A stretch of DNA of 31,140 nt from a virus, in IMG/VR virus record IMGVR_UViG_3300028024_000077, positions 72,341 through 103,480 of that record. The stretch is one strand, 5' to 3'. Below the pieces are notes generated by a model. The model was not told the DNA's origin, made no database searches, and saw only the letters and a list, made by a program, of their open reading frames with translations. Both the position numbers and the translations under genes were made by a program. Below are positions 7,532-17,934 of this stretch, piece by piece (the stretch's first letter is position 1; every line of letters starts with the position of its first letter).

Positions 7532-10500
7532 GTGCAGGTAAGATCCGAGTTGAGTTAGAGCTGGACAACTCCGGTATGATCACCGGAACGATCCAGTCTG
7601 TTGCTGCCCTAAAGAACCTGGCCGGCGCCGCCAACTCGGCGGATAGCTCGGTGAGCGGGCTCAAAGGGCGCTCGTCGGAACTATTCCAGACATTCAAAGA
7701 TGGCGTCCTGACCGTCGGTCTGCTGCGAGAGGCGCTTAAAACCGTCTACGCAGCGACCGGCGAGTGGGCGATGGGCATTGTCAAAACCAATGCCGAATTG
7801 CAACGCATGACGCAGCTCATGACTGGCATGTCTACCGCTGTCTCCACCTTCGGAAAAATGAAGGACGCTAAAGAAAGCGTCCAATGGATTATCGACTTCA
7901 CCAAGTCGGCGCCGTTCAGCATGCAGACGCTGACCGACGGCTTCGTGAAGTTCAAGTCAGTCGGTATCGACCCCACCAATGGAAGCCTGCGCGCTCTCAG
8001 CGACGCCGTCGCAGCTTTCGGTGGCAACGACGAAATCTTCAAGCGCGCCACCGTCGCCATCCAGCAGATGGGCGGTAAGGGCGTCATCTCGATGGAAGAG
8101 CTTCGCCAGCAGTTGGGCGAGGCGGTGCCGCAGGCAATCAACCTGATGGCCCGTTCTGCCGGCATGACCTATGCCGAGCTGGTCAAGCTGATCTCGCAGG
8201 GCCGGGTAGAGTCCACCAGCGCCCTGAAGCTGATGTTCGATGAGTTCGATCGAACGTTCGGTGGCCGGTCTCAGGAGATGATGCGAACCTGGGACGGCAT
8301 GATCGCTCAAATGAGCAGTAGCTGGATCGCTCTGCAAAAGGCAGTGGGCGACGCCGGCTTCTTTGGCGAGGCCCAGAAGCAGCTCAAGGATCTGATCAAC
8401 CTCATGAACGAGCCCGGTTCGCTGGAGCTGGCGAAGTCGCTCGGCGAAGGTCTGACCCAGATCATTCAATATGCGCGCCAGGGGATCGACTGGGTTCTGC
8501 GCTACCGCACTGAGCTGCTGAAGTTTGGCGAGATCCTGACAACCGTGTTTGCGGCAAGAGGTGCTATCGCCAGCGCCAAGGGCCTTTTCGACATTCTAAA
8601 TGCCTTCGGCCCGACAGTGACGCGGACGGGCGGCTTCTTGATAAAGATCAGCGAAGCGGTCTTCGACTTTGGCGGCTCGATGCTCAAGGCCGGCCCGATC
8701 GTTTCGGGCTTTGGCTCGGCTGTCGCCACTGTAGGTGTCGGCTTGAATGGCTTTGGGTCGGTGCTGAATGGACTTGGTGGCCCGATTGGCATTGCCATCA
8801 TGCTCATCGGTCTGTTGACCGCTGCCTACTTCGCTTTCCGCACCACGGTAAAAGACACGACCGACGCGCTGAACAACGCGAACTTCTACAACCCGGACAT
8901 GGTCGATAAGGCTGAGGCGCAACTCGACGAATTCCAGAAGAAGCTCAAGCAATCGCAAAGTCTATACGATCGCCTCACCGCCAGTGAAGACGAGCGCAAT
9001 CAGCGCGGGTATGGCCCCGGTGATATGGCCGGGCTCAAGGCCGAGGTCGAAGGGTACAAGGCTCAGATCGACGACCTGAAGCGCGGGCTGGCGCGTGCCG
9101 GCGCGATGAAGGTCGACCAGGACACGCGCCAGGTCCTGTCTGATCTGAAACAGGCCAGCGAAGAGACGCTCCAGCCGATGCACGCCCAGTACGCGGCGGC
9201 TATGGATGATCTCGCGAACCGGGAGAAGGCGGGTGCGGTCAAGGCGGACGAGGCGCACAAAGAGCGCTTTGCCATTATGGCCAAGTATTACGAGGACAGC
9301 GCCAACGCGCTGACCAATCGGATCAACTCGCTCTCGCTGGAGAAAAAGAACGCGCCCACTGCGGAGAAGAGCGCGATCACCAAGGAGATCATCGATCTCC
9401 AGGAGCAAAAGCAAGCCCTCCTGGCACAGCAGGACGCTTCGTTAAAAGACGCGTTGAACATTCTGCCGGGTAAGGGCGGCAACACTGGGGCTTTGACCAA
9501 AGCCGAAAGCATGATCGAGAGCTATAAGGCCAAGATCGCGGATCTCAAAGCTGAGATGGTCAACACGAGCGGCGAGCTGGCCAAGGTCAACTCGATGATC
9601 GCCGGTGGCGTTTTCGGCAACAAGTTCACCCAGGCCGACGCCGACAGCCTGCGGAAATATGCCGCCGCGTTCGACGCCACTTCGAAGGCAGCTCAGGAAT
9701 ACAAGAAGGCGCAGGATCAGGCGACGGCGGCCAGCGACGGCATGGACCAGAAGGTGGCTGCGCTTGCCGCCAAGCAGAACGAACTGAGTTCGGCATTCAG
9801 CAGCACAGCGGCGGTCTTAAAGAGCAGCGGCTATCTCAATCTCATCGCCGACAATCAGAAGAAGTTGGCCGACATCATGGCTGCCGGCAACAGCGAGGAG
9901 AACCTCCAGAAGCTCATGGATGCCCGCGAGAAGGCGGCGGAGTCCGAGCGGTACTATATCCAGAACTCATTCCTCGAATACTCGGCCGGTCTGAAAGAGA
10001 AGACCGACGCCCTCAATAACTCGCTCCTGACCGAAGACGAGCAGCGCCAGGCGGAATACGACGCTGAGGTCGCGCACGTCAAGGAGATGATCGCACTCTA
10101 TCAGAAGCAGGGCGACGGGAAGAAAGAGGCGCTTCAGCAGGCCAATGACTATCTGTTGGCGCTCGAAAAGAAGCATGAGCGAGACATGGAAGGTCCGATC
10201 CAGGACATGCTTCGCAACTGGTCGAACGTCTCCAAGAACATGCAGGAGGCCGGCGCCCGCTGGCTGGATGATCTGAGCAACCGTGTGGTCGAGTTCGCCA
10301 AGACGGGCAAGTTCTCCTTCAGTGAATTCGCCCAATCGGTTCTGAGCGACATTCTCCGTATCATCGAACAGGCGGCTATCGCCAACTCGCTGGGTCAGTC
10401 GGGCGGTAGCAACGGTCTTGGCGGCATCCTTGGCGGTCTCTTTAGCGGGATCTTCAACGGGATCTTTGGGAGCAACAGTGGGCCGGCGGGATTTGCTGGC

Positions 10501-10914
10501 ATGTCTGGTATCGGCAACGTCAACACCAGCACCGGCATGATCGGTCACAATCACAGCGGCGGCGTCGCGGGTAAGAGCGCCAGTTTCCACAGGCCGGTCG
10601 ATCCCAGCGTCTTCTTTGGTGCGCCGCGCTTCCATGGCGGCGGCATGCCGGGTCTGCGCTCAGATGAAGTGCCGCTTATCGCTCAGAAGGGCGAGGGCAT
10701 CTTCACCCGCGATCAAATGGCGGCACTCGGCGGGAGCATCAACAGTAAGCCGAATGTCCAGGTCAACGTGATCAACCAATCGGGCCAGGCCGTGAATGCC
10801 AATCAGAGCCAACAGCGCTTCGACGGCAAGCAATTGGTCCTCGACGTGGTTCTCAAAGCCGCCAGCCAGCCTGGCGCATTCCGTGATGGCATGAAGACGG
10901 TGTTGAAGCAATGA
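7528..10914 (+). CDS. Tail tape measure protein
   Basis: 1128 aa helical; tape-measure N-domain (APFS..., IQQMGGKGVISMEELRQQLGE), hydrophobic Gly-rich segment, C-terminal FHGGG/EVPLIAQKGE. Confidence 0.92.
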   Translation: MSAGKIRVELELDNSGMITGTIQSVAALKNLAGAANSADSSVSGLKGRSSELFQTFKDGVLTVGLLREALKTVYAATGEWAMGIVKTNAELQRMTQLMTGMSTAVSTFGKMKDAKESVQWIIDFTKSAPFSMQTLTDGFVKFKSVGIDPTNGSLRALSDAVAAFGGNDEIFKRATVAIQQMGGKGVISMEELRQQLGEAVPQAINLMARSAGMTYAELVKLISQGRVESTSALKLMFDEFDRTFGGRSQEMMRTWDGMIAQMSSSWIALQKAVGDAGFFGEAQKQLKDLINLMNEPGSLELAKSLGEGLTQIIQYARQGIDWVLRYRTELLKFGEILTTVFAARGAIASAKGLFDILNAFGPTVTRTGGFLIKISEAVFDFGGSMLKAGPIVSGFGSAVATVGVGLNGFGSVLNGLGGPIGIAIMLIGLLTAAYFAFRTTVKDTTDALNNANFYNPDMVDKAEAQLDEFQKKLKQSQSLYDRLTASEDERNQRGYGPGDMAGLKAEVEGYKAQIDDLKRGLARAGAMKVDQDTRQVLSDLKQASEETLQPMHAQYAAAMDDLANREKAGAVKADEAHKERFAIMAKYYEDSANALTNRINSLSLEKKNAPTAEKSAITKEIIDLQEQKQALLAQQDASLKDALNILPGKGGNTGALTKAESMIESYKAKIADLKAEMVNTSGELAKVNSMIAGGVFGNKFTQADADSLRKYAAAFDATSKAAQEYKKAQDQATAASDGMDQKVAALAAKQNELSSAFSSTAAVLKSSGYLNLIADNQKKLADIMAAGNSEENLQKLMDAREKAAESERYYIQNSFLEYSAGLKEKTDALNNSLLTEDEQRQAEYDAEVAHVKEMIALYQKQGDGKKEALQQANDYLLALEKKHERDMEGPIQDMLRNWSNVSKNMQEAGARWLDDLSNRVVEFAKTGKFSFSEFAQSVLSDILRIIEQAAIANSLGQSGGSNGLGGILGGLFSGIFNGIFGSNSGPAGFAGMSGIGNVNTSTGMIGHNHSGGVAGKSASFHRPVDPSVFFGAPRFHGGGMPGLRSDEVPLIAQKGEGIFTRDQMAALGGSINSKPNVQVNVINQSGQAVNANQSQQRFDGKQLVLDVVLKAASQPGAFRDGMKTVLKQ

Positions 10915-11270
10915 GTACGTTCCCCACGCTCTCAAAGGGGCAGGACGCCAAATATTACAAGGTCACCGAAGAAGATCCCGCGTCGCGCACTGATATGGAT
11001 GGCGGGATCGTATTCACCCGCGCCAAGTTCACGCGCCGGCCGCGCCAGACCTTCACCACCGGCTTCACCGACATCTCCGAAGCCGATCGCCAGATCCTGC
11101 GGGACTTCTGGAAAGAGGTCATGGGCGGGTCGAAGTCTTTCTCTTGGACTGATCCCGTCACCGGCGACGTGTGGCAGGTCCGCTTCAAGAAGGCCATCGA
11201 ATACACCTATACGGGCGCCGGCGGCAATCACCGCTGGGACGTGCAGAGCATCGAGCTGGAGGAAGTTTGA
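10911..11270 (+). CDS. Distal tail protein (lambda gpM-like)
   Basis: 119 aa after tape measure; GGSKSFSWTDP motif. Confidence 0.7.
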   Translation: MSTFPTLSKGQDAKYYKVTEEDPASRTDMDGGIVFTRAKFTRRPRQTFTTGFTDISEADRQILRDFWKEVMGGSKSFSWTDPVTGDVWQVRFKKAIEYTYTGAGGNHRWDVQSIELEEV

Positions 11271-11893
11271 TGCCGCATTTGTCCGTTGCCACGGCCATCG
11301 AGAAGAACAAGGTCGCTTCCGAAGTCGCATTCATCGCCATGCTGGAAATCACTGTCATCGATCCGACCAACGGATCGATCGTGGAAACCCTGCGGATCGC
11401 CAAGAACAGCGAGGATATCACCTTCGAGGGTCACACCTGGGCGAAGGGTGCCTTCGAGTTTCATATCACCAAGACCGCCGGCGAGGTCAGCGATATGACC
11501 GTGACCGCCAAGGATTACACCCGCGACATTCAGGCGCGCATGCAGAAATACGGCGGCGGAACTGGCTTCCCGGTGCGCGTCCTGTGCGTCAACTCTGCCA
11601 ATCTTAGCCAGGGCGCCGAAGTCGAGGAGTTCTTCGAGGTCGTTAAGGCCAGCACGAAGGGCTTCGATGTCTCGTTCACGCTCGGCGCCGAAAACCCGCT
11701 CACGATGCGGTTCCCCCGGCGCATGCAGGCGCGCGATCGTTGCCCGTGGCGCTACAAGGGCGCTGAGTGCGGCTACGCCGGATCACTGCCGACCTGCGAT
11801 TACACCCTGCAAGGGGACAATGGCTGCGCTGCTCACAGCAACACGCTTCGCTTTGGTGGCTTCCCCGGCATTTCCCCGCTGAACTCGAAATGA
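11270..11893 (+). CDS. Tail tip protein (lambda gpL-like, Cys-rich, probable Fe-S)
   Basis: Start moved to ATG 11270 (TGATG overlap); CPWRYKGAECGY...C...C...RFGGFPG motif. Confidence 0.8.
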   Translation: MPHLSVATAIEKNKVASEVAFIAMLEITVIDPTNGSIVETLRIAKNSEDITFEGHTWAKGAFEFHITKTAGEVSDMTVTAKDYTRDIQARMQKYGGGTGFPVRVLCVNSANLSQGAEVEEFFEVVKASTKGFDVSFTLGAENPLTMRFPRRMQARDRCPWRYKGAECGYAGSLPTCDYTLQGDNGCAAHSNTLRFGGFPGISPLNSK

Positions 11894-12258
11894 GAGACGT
11901 TTCTCACCTGATCGGCATCCCGTTCAAGTATGGCGGGCGCGGGCCGGACTACTTGGATTGCTATGGCCTGGTGATGCTATTGAAGCGGGAAGATGGTATA
12001 ATCCTTCCTGACGCGATCAGCCCCGATAACCCCAAGGCTGCCGCCGAGTGCTTCGCAGCAGGCATGAGCCATTGGCGACCCTGCGAGATCCGCCCCGGCG
12101 CCGTTCTTGGCTTTAAGGTTCTAGGCGCTGTGTCGCATGTCGGCTACGTCCTCGACAAATTCAGTTTTGTCCACACCTGGGAGCACTCCGGGGGCGTCTG
12201 CATAGAACCAATCTCTGAATGGCAACGCCGGATCGCGGGAAGCTATGATTTCGTCTGA
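11890..12258 (+). CDS. NlpC/P60 (C40) tail tip assembly protein (gpK-like)
   Basis: Start moved to ATG 11890; GIPFKYGGR...DCYGLV, HVG and FVH motifs. Confidence 0.85.
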   Translation: MRDVSHLIGIPFKYGGRGPDYLDCYGLVMLLKREDGIILPDAISPDNPKAAAECFAAGMSHWRPCEIRPGAVLGFKVLGAVSHVGYVLDKFSFVHTWEHSGGVCIEPISEWQRRIAGSYDFV

Positions 12259-15200
12259 CCAGGAACATAAGTCATCACTTATTGATTTAATCGCCGAGGC
12301 GACCCAAAACGTCCTCACTCCCGCAAAGGAGCCCGAAGAGACGGCGCCTGACGTTGTCCATCTGACCATCTTCTACAGCGCTCTTAATCAAGAGAACCGC
12401 ACGGACACCGAGCTGTACTGGTTTGCGGAAAAGACCATTGCCGACTACATGGAAGGTCTTCCGCCCAGGCACAACTGGACGGTCGGTCATAACGGCGGGG
12501 TGGTTCTCAAGCACCTCTGGGACAAGACCGCGCTTGAGGCCGGCGATACCCTGGTTGTGACGCTGATGCCTGAGGGCGGCGGCGGTGCGGGCAAGTTGAT
12601 CATGCGGATTGTCGCAATGATCGGAATTGCCGTGTTGTCGTATTTCACCGGCGGCGCGGCGGCTGCTGCCTATGGCCCGCTTGCTGGCGCTGCTGCTGGC
12701 GCCGCTGTGTCGGTCGTCGGCGGCATCCTGGTGAATACCCTCATTCCGCCGCCCAAGCCGAAGGAGGCGAAAACTCAGGAGGATAGCCCGAGCTACGGTG
12801 TTGATGGTCCGAAAAACACGTCCTCCGAAGACGTGCCCGTCGCCGTCGTCATGGGCGAATTTCGGGTAGGCGGCAACATCACTAACCTGCGGGTCGATAA
12901 CGATGGCGACACGCAGATCCTCTATGCCCAATACGCTGTTTCCGAAGGTCCAATCGAAGGCATCTCGTCGATCGTCGTCAATGATCAGGACGTGACCTAT
13001 TACGAGGACGTTGACTACCGATATCGGCTTGGCGTGGACAACCAGGACATTGTCGCCTGGTTCGACGACAGCTACACGAATTTCAGCAAGGGCGCCAAGC
13101 TCACCACCGATTGGCTCGAATATACGACCCAAGGTGTGGTCGATAAGTTCCGCGTCAATATAGCCTGGCCGGGCGGACTGTTTCGGATCAAGGAAACGAC
13201 TGGCAAGCGCAAGTCCAGCTCGACCGGCTTGCAGATTGAATACAAGCTCCATACCGACACGATCTGGCAACCCTACGGAAACGGCGGCTTTGTGCCGTTC
13301 TCCACGTCGCATAGCGTCAGTGGTCTAACCCAGCGCATCCGCGTCACCGGAACGGTCATAACGCGTGGTCAGACTCCCTCCGAGAAATACGCTTGCCAGA
13401 TGTACTACCGCAAGGTAGGGACGACTGCCTGGACGAGTATGGGCAGCTACAGCGGCACGATCAAAAACAGATTGCAGAAGATCGGTGGTCGCGATGGTGA
13501 ATTTGTGCCAGCGCCGACCAGCATCAATTTTACCTTCGAGGCAGACAACCTTCCCTATGAGAGCTACGAGGTCACCTCAAGCGGTCTCGCCTCGTATAGC
13601 GGCATGGAGTGGGGCGACAAACCCACGGTTATCTCGACATCGACGCGCAATCCTATGCGCCGCGCCTTTGAGAGCGTTCTGCTGCCGCAGGGCATCTATG
13701 ACATTCGCGTGCGTCGAACCGAGCCTGAGTCCACCGAAGACACCGAGCAAAATAGCTGCCAGTGGGATACCACTGACGAGATCATCGCGGACAACGTTGC
13801 CTACAACTTCACGGCATTCTACGCACTCAAGATCCGCTTCACCGATCAGCTCAACGGCGTCCCCACGGTGTCGGCATTGGTCAAGGGCATCAAGTGCCCG
13901 ATCTACAACATGGCCGGCGAGCAGATTGACTTCAGGTGGACGAACAACCCCGCTTGGCTGACGGCTGCCGCGCTCTGCAACGCTCGCTGGGGTGGCGGGC
14001 TCGATCCATCTCGCCTTGATTGGGCGCGCTGGGTGGAATGGGCCGAATTCTGCGAGGCCAATGACCTCGTCTTCAATGGCATCTTCGACACGGCCAGCAA
14101 CGTCTGGGACGCGATCCAGAATATCACCCGCATCGGCCGGGCTCTGGTTGTGCCAGCAGGCACGAAGTATTCGGTCGCTATCGAGCGGCCGGATCAGGCC
14201 GTGATGATGTTCAGCGTGGCGAATATCGTTAAGGACAGCTTTGGCCTCGAATGGTCGAGCCAGACCGACCGCGCGAACGAAATTGAGGTCACGTACTACG
14301 ATAAGGAAGACGGCTACAAGCGGAAAACCATCCGCGTTGTGGATTATGAAGCCCTTCGCAGGGGCATGCCGCAGCGCACGGTTAGCGTCACGCTGTTAGG
14401 CATCGACAATGCGGATCAGGCATATCGTGAGGGCTGGTTGCAGCTCATGCAAAACCGCTATGTCCTGCAAAGCTGCTCGTTTGACGCGCCCTTGCAAGCC
14501 ATCGCCTGCCGCGTTGGCAGCGTCGTCTATGTCCAGCATGATGTGCCCGAGTGGGGTGACGCAGGCATGATCGCGGCCGGCTCGACCGACACGGTGATCA
14601 ACCTTGATCGCCCGGTGACAATGAATGCGGCCAAGACCTACATGCTGCTGGTTCATCATTCGGCCGTTAAGATCTACACATTTCAGGTGACTACGGTCGT
14701 AGGCATGTCGGTATACATTCCGACCCCCGCTGGCACGTTCCAGCCGGTGACCCGATTGATCAAGGCAGGCCGCGATATCGACATCGTAGGCTACGAAGTG
14801 GCCACGCCGTTTACCGAGTTGGTGCTCGATGACGCGACCGGCATCAGCGCGGGCGACACGGTCGAGCTATGGGCGACCGACGTGATCGAAGAGCGTTATG
14901 TGGTTCTCGATATCGGCGATCAGCAAACCGTGACCGTTACCCAGGGGTTCAGCCAGGCACCGGTCGAATTGACCCAGTTCATGTTTGGTGAGGCGACCAA
15001 GCTCAAGAAGCCTTTCCGCGTCAGGTCGATCGAAGGGTCGCACGAATACACCCGCAGCCTAAAGATGCTGGAGTACAACGACAGCATCTATGCCGACCCC
15101 GACACAGCCGCCCCGACGCCGAACTACTCGGCGCTGCCGCTGAAGGTCGCGCCGGTGGTCAATATGGCGGTTTCGGAGCATATCGTCTCGACCATCAACG

Positions 15201-16807
15201 GCATCAAAGATCGTCTTGAAGTGTCGTGGGAGATCGCGCCGGACTCCGCCTATAGCGGCGCCGAGATTTGGGTTTCCACCGATGGTGGCCCGTATGCCCC
15301 CATGGGCGATGCCGGCGGCGGCGCGACCTCGTGGGAAGGTGACTTCGATGATGATGACGAGCTGATCATCAAGATCCGCCCGTATGACAGTGTCGGCAAT
15401 AAGCTCCGGTTGGAAGAGACCGATGGGCTTGCCTATACCGTCAAGGGTAAGCTGGCGCCGCCGAGCAATGTGACCAACTTCAAGGCGACCTCGTTTACGG
15501 GGCCAATCGAATTCGCCTGGGATAGCGTCACTGATGCGGATCTGCGCGGTTACGAGATCCGCGAAGGCTCGTCCTGGGATAGTGGCACCGTCGTCGTCAC
15601 CAATTATAAGGGCAATCGCTTCGCTTACCTCAAGAACGAAGGCGGCGTCTTCCAGTTCTGGATCGCCGCACAGGATACCTCGCTCAAGTATTCAGAGACA
15701 CCGATTACCGTGGCTGTCCAGGTCTTTGGCCCGGCGGCGGTCGCCGGCTTTGACTGCGTCTCCAACAACAACGCCATCATCTTTACCTGGCTGCCCAACA
15801 CCGATCAGGCGATCGACAGCTACGAGATCCGCGAGGGCGCGAGCTGGGCGAACTCCACGCTGCTCAACCGGGCAGCCGGCACGAGCTACATGGTGCCGGT
15901 CAACTCGTCCTCAAGCCGGACTTTCTGGATCAAGGCCATTAACACGCTGGGCATCTACGGCATGACGGCGGCATTTACCACGCCGACGCTCGCCGAGCTG
16001 CCCGATCACAACGTCGTGGCGAACTTCGAGCAAGATCCGAGCTGGAGCGGCAAAAAGCTCAATGTGAGCGTCGCTGACAGCAAGCTGCTCCAGGATCTCG
16101 GCAAGCCCTATGGAGAATACATCTTCGACGTGGATCTCGGCGCGACCTTCCTGGCGCGCAACCAGGTCCAGACCAGCTTCGAGAGCGTCGTCACCAGCAC
16201 CGAGACCTGGTCGGATGCCCAGTATGCCTGGAACAGCTCGAAGGCCAATAAGCCTTGGGTGCTGCGCGGCGACGTGAACAACATCACCGTCCAGGGTCAA
16301 ATCTCGACGTTCACTGGGGCGCTTCAGACGGGCGAATACGAGACTTGGTCTCTCGACGGCACGCTGACAGGGGTCAACGGCGCGACGCCGTCAGAGAGCG
16401 TGGGAGCGACGTATACGGCAGCCCGCTTTGATAACGGATTGCTGCGAACGGACACGACACAGGTTTCCTATGGCGTCACGCTGGGGTCCACGTTCTTCAC
16501 CACGAATTGGGTCAAGATCGCCAACACCGGCGGCGCCAAGACGGTTCTGCGGCTGAAAAACGGCACGGCTTATCTCCGGGTAGATGTGGATGCGGCCGGC
16601 GGGGTGGTCTCGCTAATCGGTTCGGACGGCAATACAATCTCGATCACGGGCCTGACGCTGCCGCTCAATGAGCTGATCTTCATCGGCATCAACCAGAATG
16701 CGACGCGGCGGGATCTTTATGTGGGCATCTTCGACAGCACAGTGACCCTCGACGCCTCTGGCGACTATGCGCCGATCAGCTCGTGGACTGCCGTTTCTTT
16801 GTACTAA
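12245..16807 (+). CDS. Central tail tip / host-specificity protein (gpJ-like) with N-terminal gpI-like region, FN3-like repeats and C-terminal lectin-like region
   Basis: 1520 aa; VSEGPIEGI, NNPAW, DLVFNG motifs; duplicated YEIREGxSW modules at ~15551 and ~15821. Confidence 0.88.
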   Translation: MISSDQEHKSSLIDLIAEATQNVLTPAKEPEETAPDVVHLTIFYSALNQENRTDTELYWFAEKTIADYMEGLPPRHNWTVGHNGGVVLKHLWDKTALEAGDTLVVTLMPEGGGGAGKLIMRIVAMIGIAVLSYFTGGAAAAAYGPLAGAAAGAAVSVVGGILVNTLIPPPKPKEAKTQEDSPSYGVDGPKNTSSEDVPVAVVMGEFRVGGNITNLRVDNDGDTQILYAQYAVSEGPIEGISSIVVNDQDVTYYEDVDYRYRLGVDNQDIVAWFDDSYTNFSKGAKLTTDWLEYTTQGVVDKFRVNIAWPGGLFRIKETTGKRKSSSTGLQIEYKLHTDTIWQPYGNGGFVPFSTSHSVSGLTQRIRVTGTVITRGQTPSEKYACQMYYRKVGTTAWTSMGSYSGTIKNRLQKIGGRDGEFVPAPTSINFTFEADNLPYESYEVTSSGLASYSGMEWGDKPTVISTSTRNPMRRAFESVLLPQGIYDIRVRRTEPESTEDTEQNSCQWDTTDEIIADNVAYNFTAFYALKIRFTDQLNGVPTVSALVKGIKCPIYNMAGEQIDFRWTNNPAWLTAAALCNARWGGGLDPSRLDWARWVEWAEFCEANDLVFNGIFDTASNVWDAIQNITRIGRALVVPAGTKYSVAIERPDQAVMMFSVANIVKDSFGLEWSSQTDRANEIEVTYYDKEDGYKRKTIRVVDYEALRRGMPQRTVSVTLLGIDNADQAYREGWLQLMQNRYVLQSCSFDAPLQAIACRVGSVVYVQHDVPEWGDAGMIAAGSTDTVINLDRPVTMNAAKTYMLLVHHSAVKIYTFQVTTVVGMSVYIPTPAGTFQPVTRLIKAGRDIDIVGYEVATPFTELVLDDATGISAGDTVELWATDVIEERYVVLDIGDQQTVTVTQGFSQAPVELTQFMFGEATKLKKPFRVRSIEGSHEYTRSLKMLEYNDSIYADPDTAAPTPNYSALPLKVAPVVNMAVSEHIVSTINGIKDRLEVSWEIAPDSAYSGAEIWVSTDGGPYAPMGDAGGGATSWEGDFDDDDELIIKIRPYDSVGNKLRLEETDGLAYTVKGKLAPPSNVTNFKATSFTGPIEFAWDSVTDADLRGYEIREGSSWDSGTVVVTNYKGNRFAYLKNEGGVFQFWIAAQDTSLKYSETPITVAVQVFGPAAVAGFDCVSNNNAIIFTWLPNTDQAIDSYEIREGASWANSTLLNRAAGTSYMVPVNSSSSRTFWIKAINTLGIYGMTAAFTTPTLAELPDHNVVANFEQDPSWSGKKLNVSVADSKLLQDLGKPYGEYIFDVDLGATFLARNQVQTSFESVVTSTETWSDAQYAWNSSKANKPWVLRGDVNNITVQGQISTFTGALQTGEYETWSLDGTLTGVNGATPSESVGATYTAARFDNGLLRTDTTQVSYGVTLGSTFFTTNWVKIANTGGAKTVLRLKNGTAYLRVDVDAAGGVVSLIGSDGNTISITGLTLPLNELIFIGINQNATRRDLYVGIFDSTVTLDASGDYAPISSWTAVSLY
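12268..12285. promoter_or_regulatory. Operator-like motif copy 6, degenerate and intragenic (TAAGTCA TCAC TTATTGA)
   Basis: AT-rich island inside the first codons of the J-like ORF; left arm and TCAC spacer match other copies. Confidence 0.55.
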
Positions 16808-16816
16808 CCTGGAAAA

Positions 16817-16834
16817 TAAGTAAGCGGTGAGTTA
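16817..16834. promoter_or_regulatory. Operator-like motif copy 7 (TAAGTAA GCGG TGAGTTA) overlapping TATAAT at 16833-16838
   Basis: Intergenic; ATG 16844 lies 5 nt after the -10 box. Confidence 0.7.
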
Positions 16835-16843
16835 TAATTCGCT

Positions 16844-17299
16844 ATGACAAACGAGTTCGTAATTTCCGACCTTAAGATCGAGACAGATCCCAAAGACTTC
16901 TCGACCTTCAAGCAGCGGTTCTTGTTCGGGGCGAAGCCCGGCTACAGGGACTTTCGGATGCTTGTGCCGGGCGACTACGAATATCAGAAGGCTAAAATCA
17001 AGGTCGTTCTGGCATCGCAGACCACGGATCAGGCACGCATCCCGAGCCTCAACCTGCTGGTCGATTTGCCTGACATTCTGGATCGCGGCTCACAGGCCGT
17101 CGCGGCGGTCAAGACGACCATCAATTTCAATCGGGCGTTCACGTTCCCGCCCGAGGTCAAGGCGCAGATGAAGGGAGGTACAGTGTTTGGCGCCACCCGC
17201 GTCTCGAATATCACCACGACCGGCTTCGATGTGGAACTGCTGAATGCCAGCAACGGCCTGATCGCAGGCACGATTAGCTGGTCAGCTCAAGGGTGCTGA
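16844..17299 (+). CDS. Tail tip-associated protein with H-type-lectin-like C-terminal domain
   Basis: INFNRAFTFPPEV...VSNITTTGFDV...ISWSAQG pattern common at tail protein C-termini. Confidence 0.6.
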   Translation: MTNEFVISDLKIETDPKDFSTFKQRFLFGAKPGYRDFRMLVPGDYEYQKAKIKVVLASQTTDQARIPSLNLLVDLPDILDRGSQAVAAVKTTINFNRAFTFPPEVKAQMKGGTVFGATRVSNITTTGFDVELLNASNGLIAGTISWSAQGC

Positions 17300-17307
17300 G
17301 GTAGGTA

Positions 17308-17934
17308 ATGCAGTCATTTACGGATATCGCCGATAGCGAGACGATCCAGAACAGCCGCCAGAAGCTGCTGGATAACGACAATACGGCGCGCTCGTGCCAT
17401 GCCGGCGCGTCTTTCCCCACGACCAATCTTCAGCAAGGCATACTCTGCCTTCGGACGGATCAGAGTAAGCTCTACCAGCTCAAGTCGATAGGCCCCGATA
17501 CCTGGATCTGTATCGCAGATCTGACCAAGACGCTGACCACGAAGGAAGACTCCGACACTGCTTATCAGCCGAAGAATGTCGAGCTGACAGGCGTGGCCGC
17601 GCTCGCTGCCAATGGCACGATCGAGCGCACAGATGTCGGCACATATGCCCCATATACGGTGACTGCGGCGGCGAAGAGCGTTTTGAGCCAGGGCACTCTT
17701 CCGCTGATGCGAACGGCGCTCGACTGCGCCAAGACGGCACACACCCATGTTTTTGCCGATATCACCGACAAAAAGACGGCCGATCTGCTGCCGGCCACAA
17801 TCAGCGCTGCTGACGCAAGCCGCGATCTTGTCGTCAATTCGGCCGGTACGGCATACGTGGTTGGCCGACTGATCACGATTTCCCACTCGGCGCCGAGCGG
17901 CGGCAATGACGGCGATATTTGGCTGGTCTACTAA
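17308..17934 (+). CDS. Tail fibre protein
   Basis: GAGGTAGG RBS; HTHVFADIT fibre knot motif; ends SAPSGGNDGDIWLVY. Confidence 0.7.
   Translation: MQSFTDIADSETIQNSRQKLLDNDNTARSCHAGASFPTTNLQQGILCLRTDQSKLYQLKSIGPDTWICIADLTKTLTTKEDSDTAYQPKNVELTGVAALAANGTIERTDVGTYAPYTVTAAAKSVLSQGTLPLMRTALDCAKTAHTHVFADITDKKTADLLPATISAADASRDLVVNSAGTAYVVGRLITISHSAPSGGNDGDIWLVY

Noticed and set aside
15540-15860. Repeated TACGAGATCCGCGA segments as DGR template/variable repeats
   Set aside because: Short in-frame similarity of tandem FN3-like modules; no adenine-specific pattern and no reverse transcriptase
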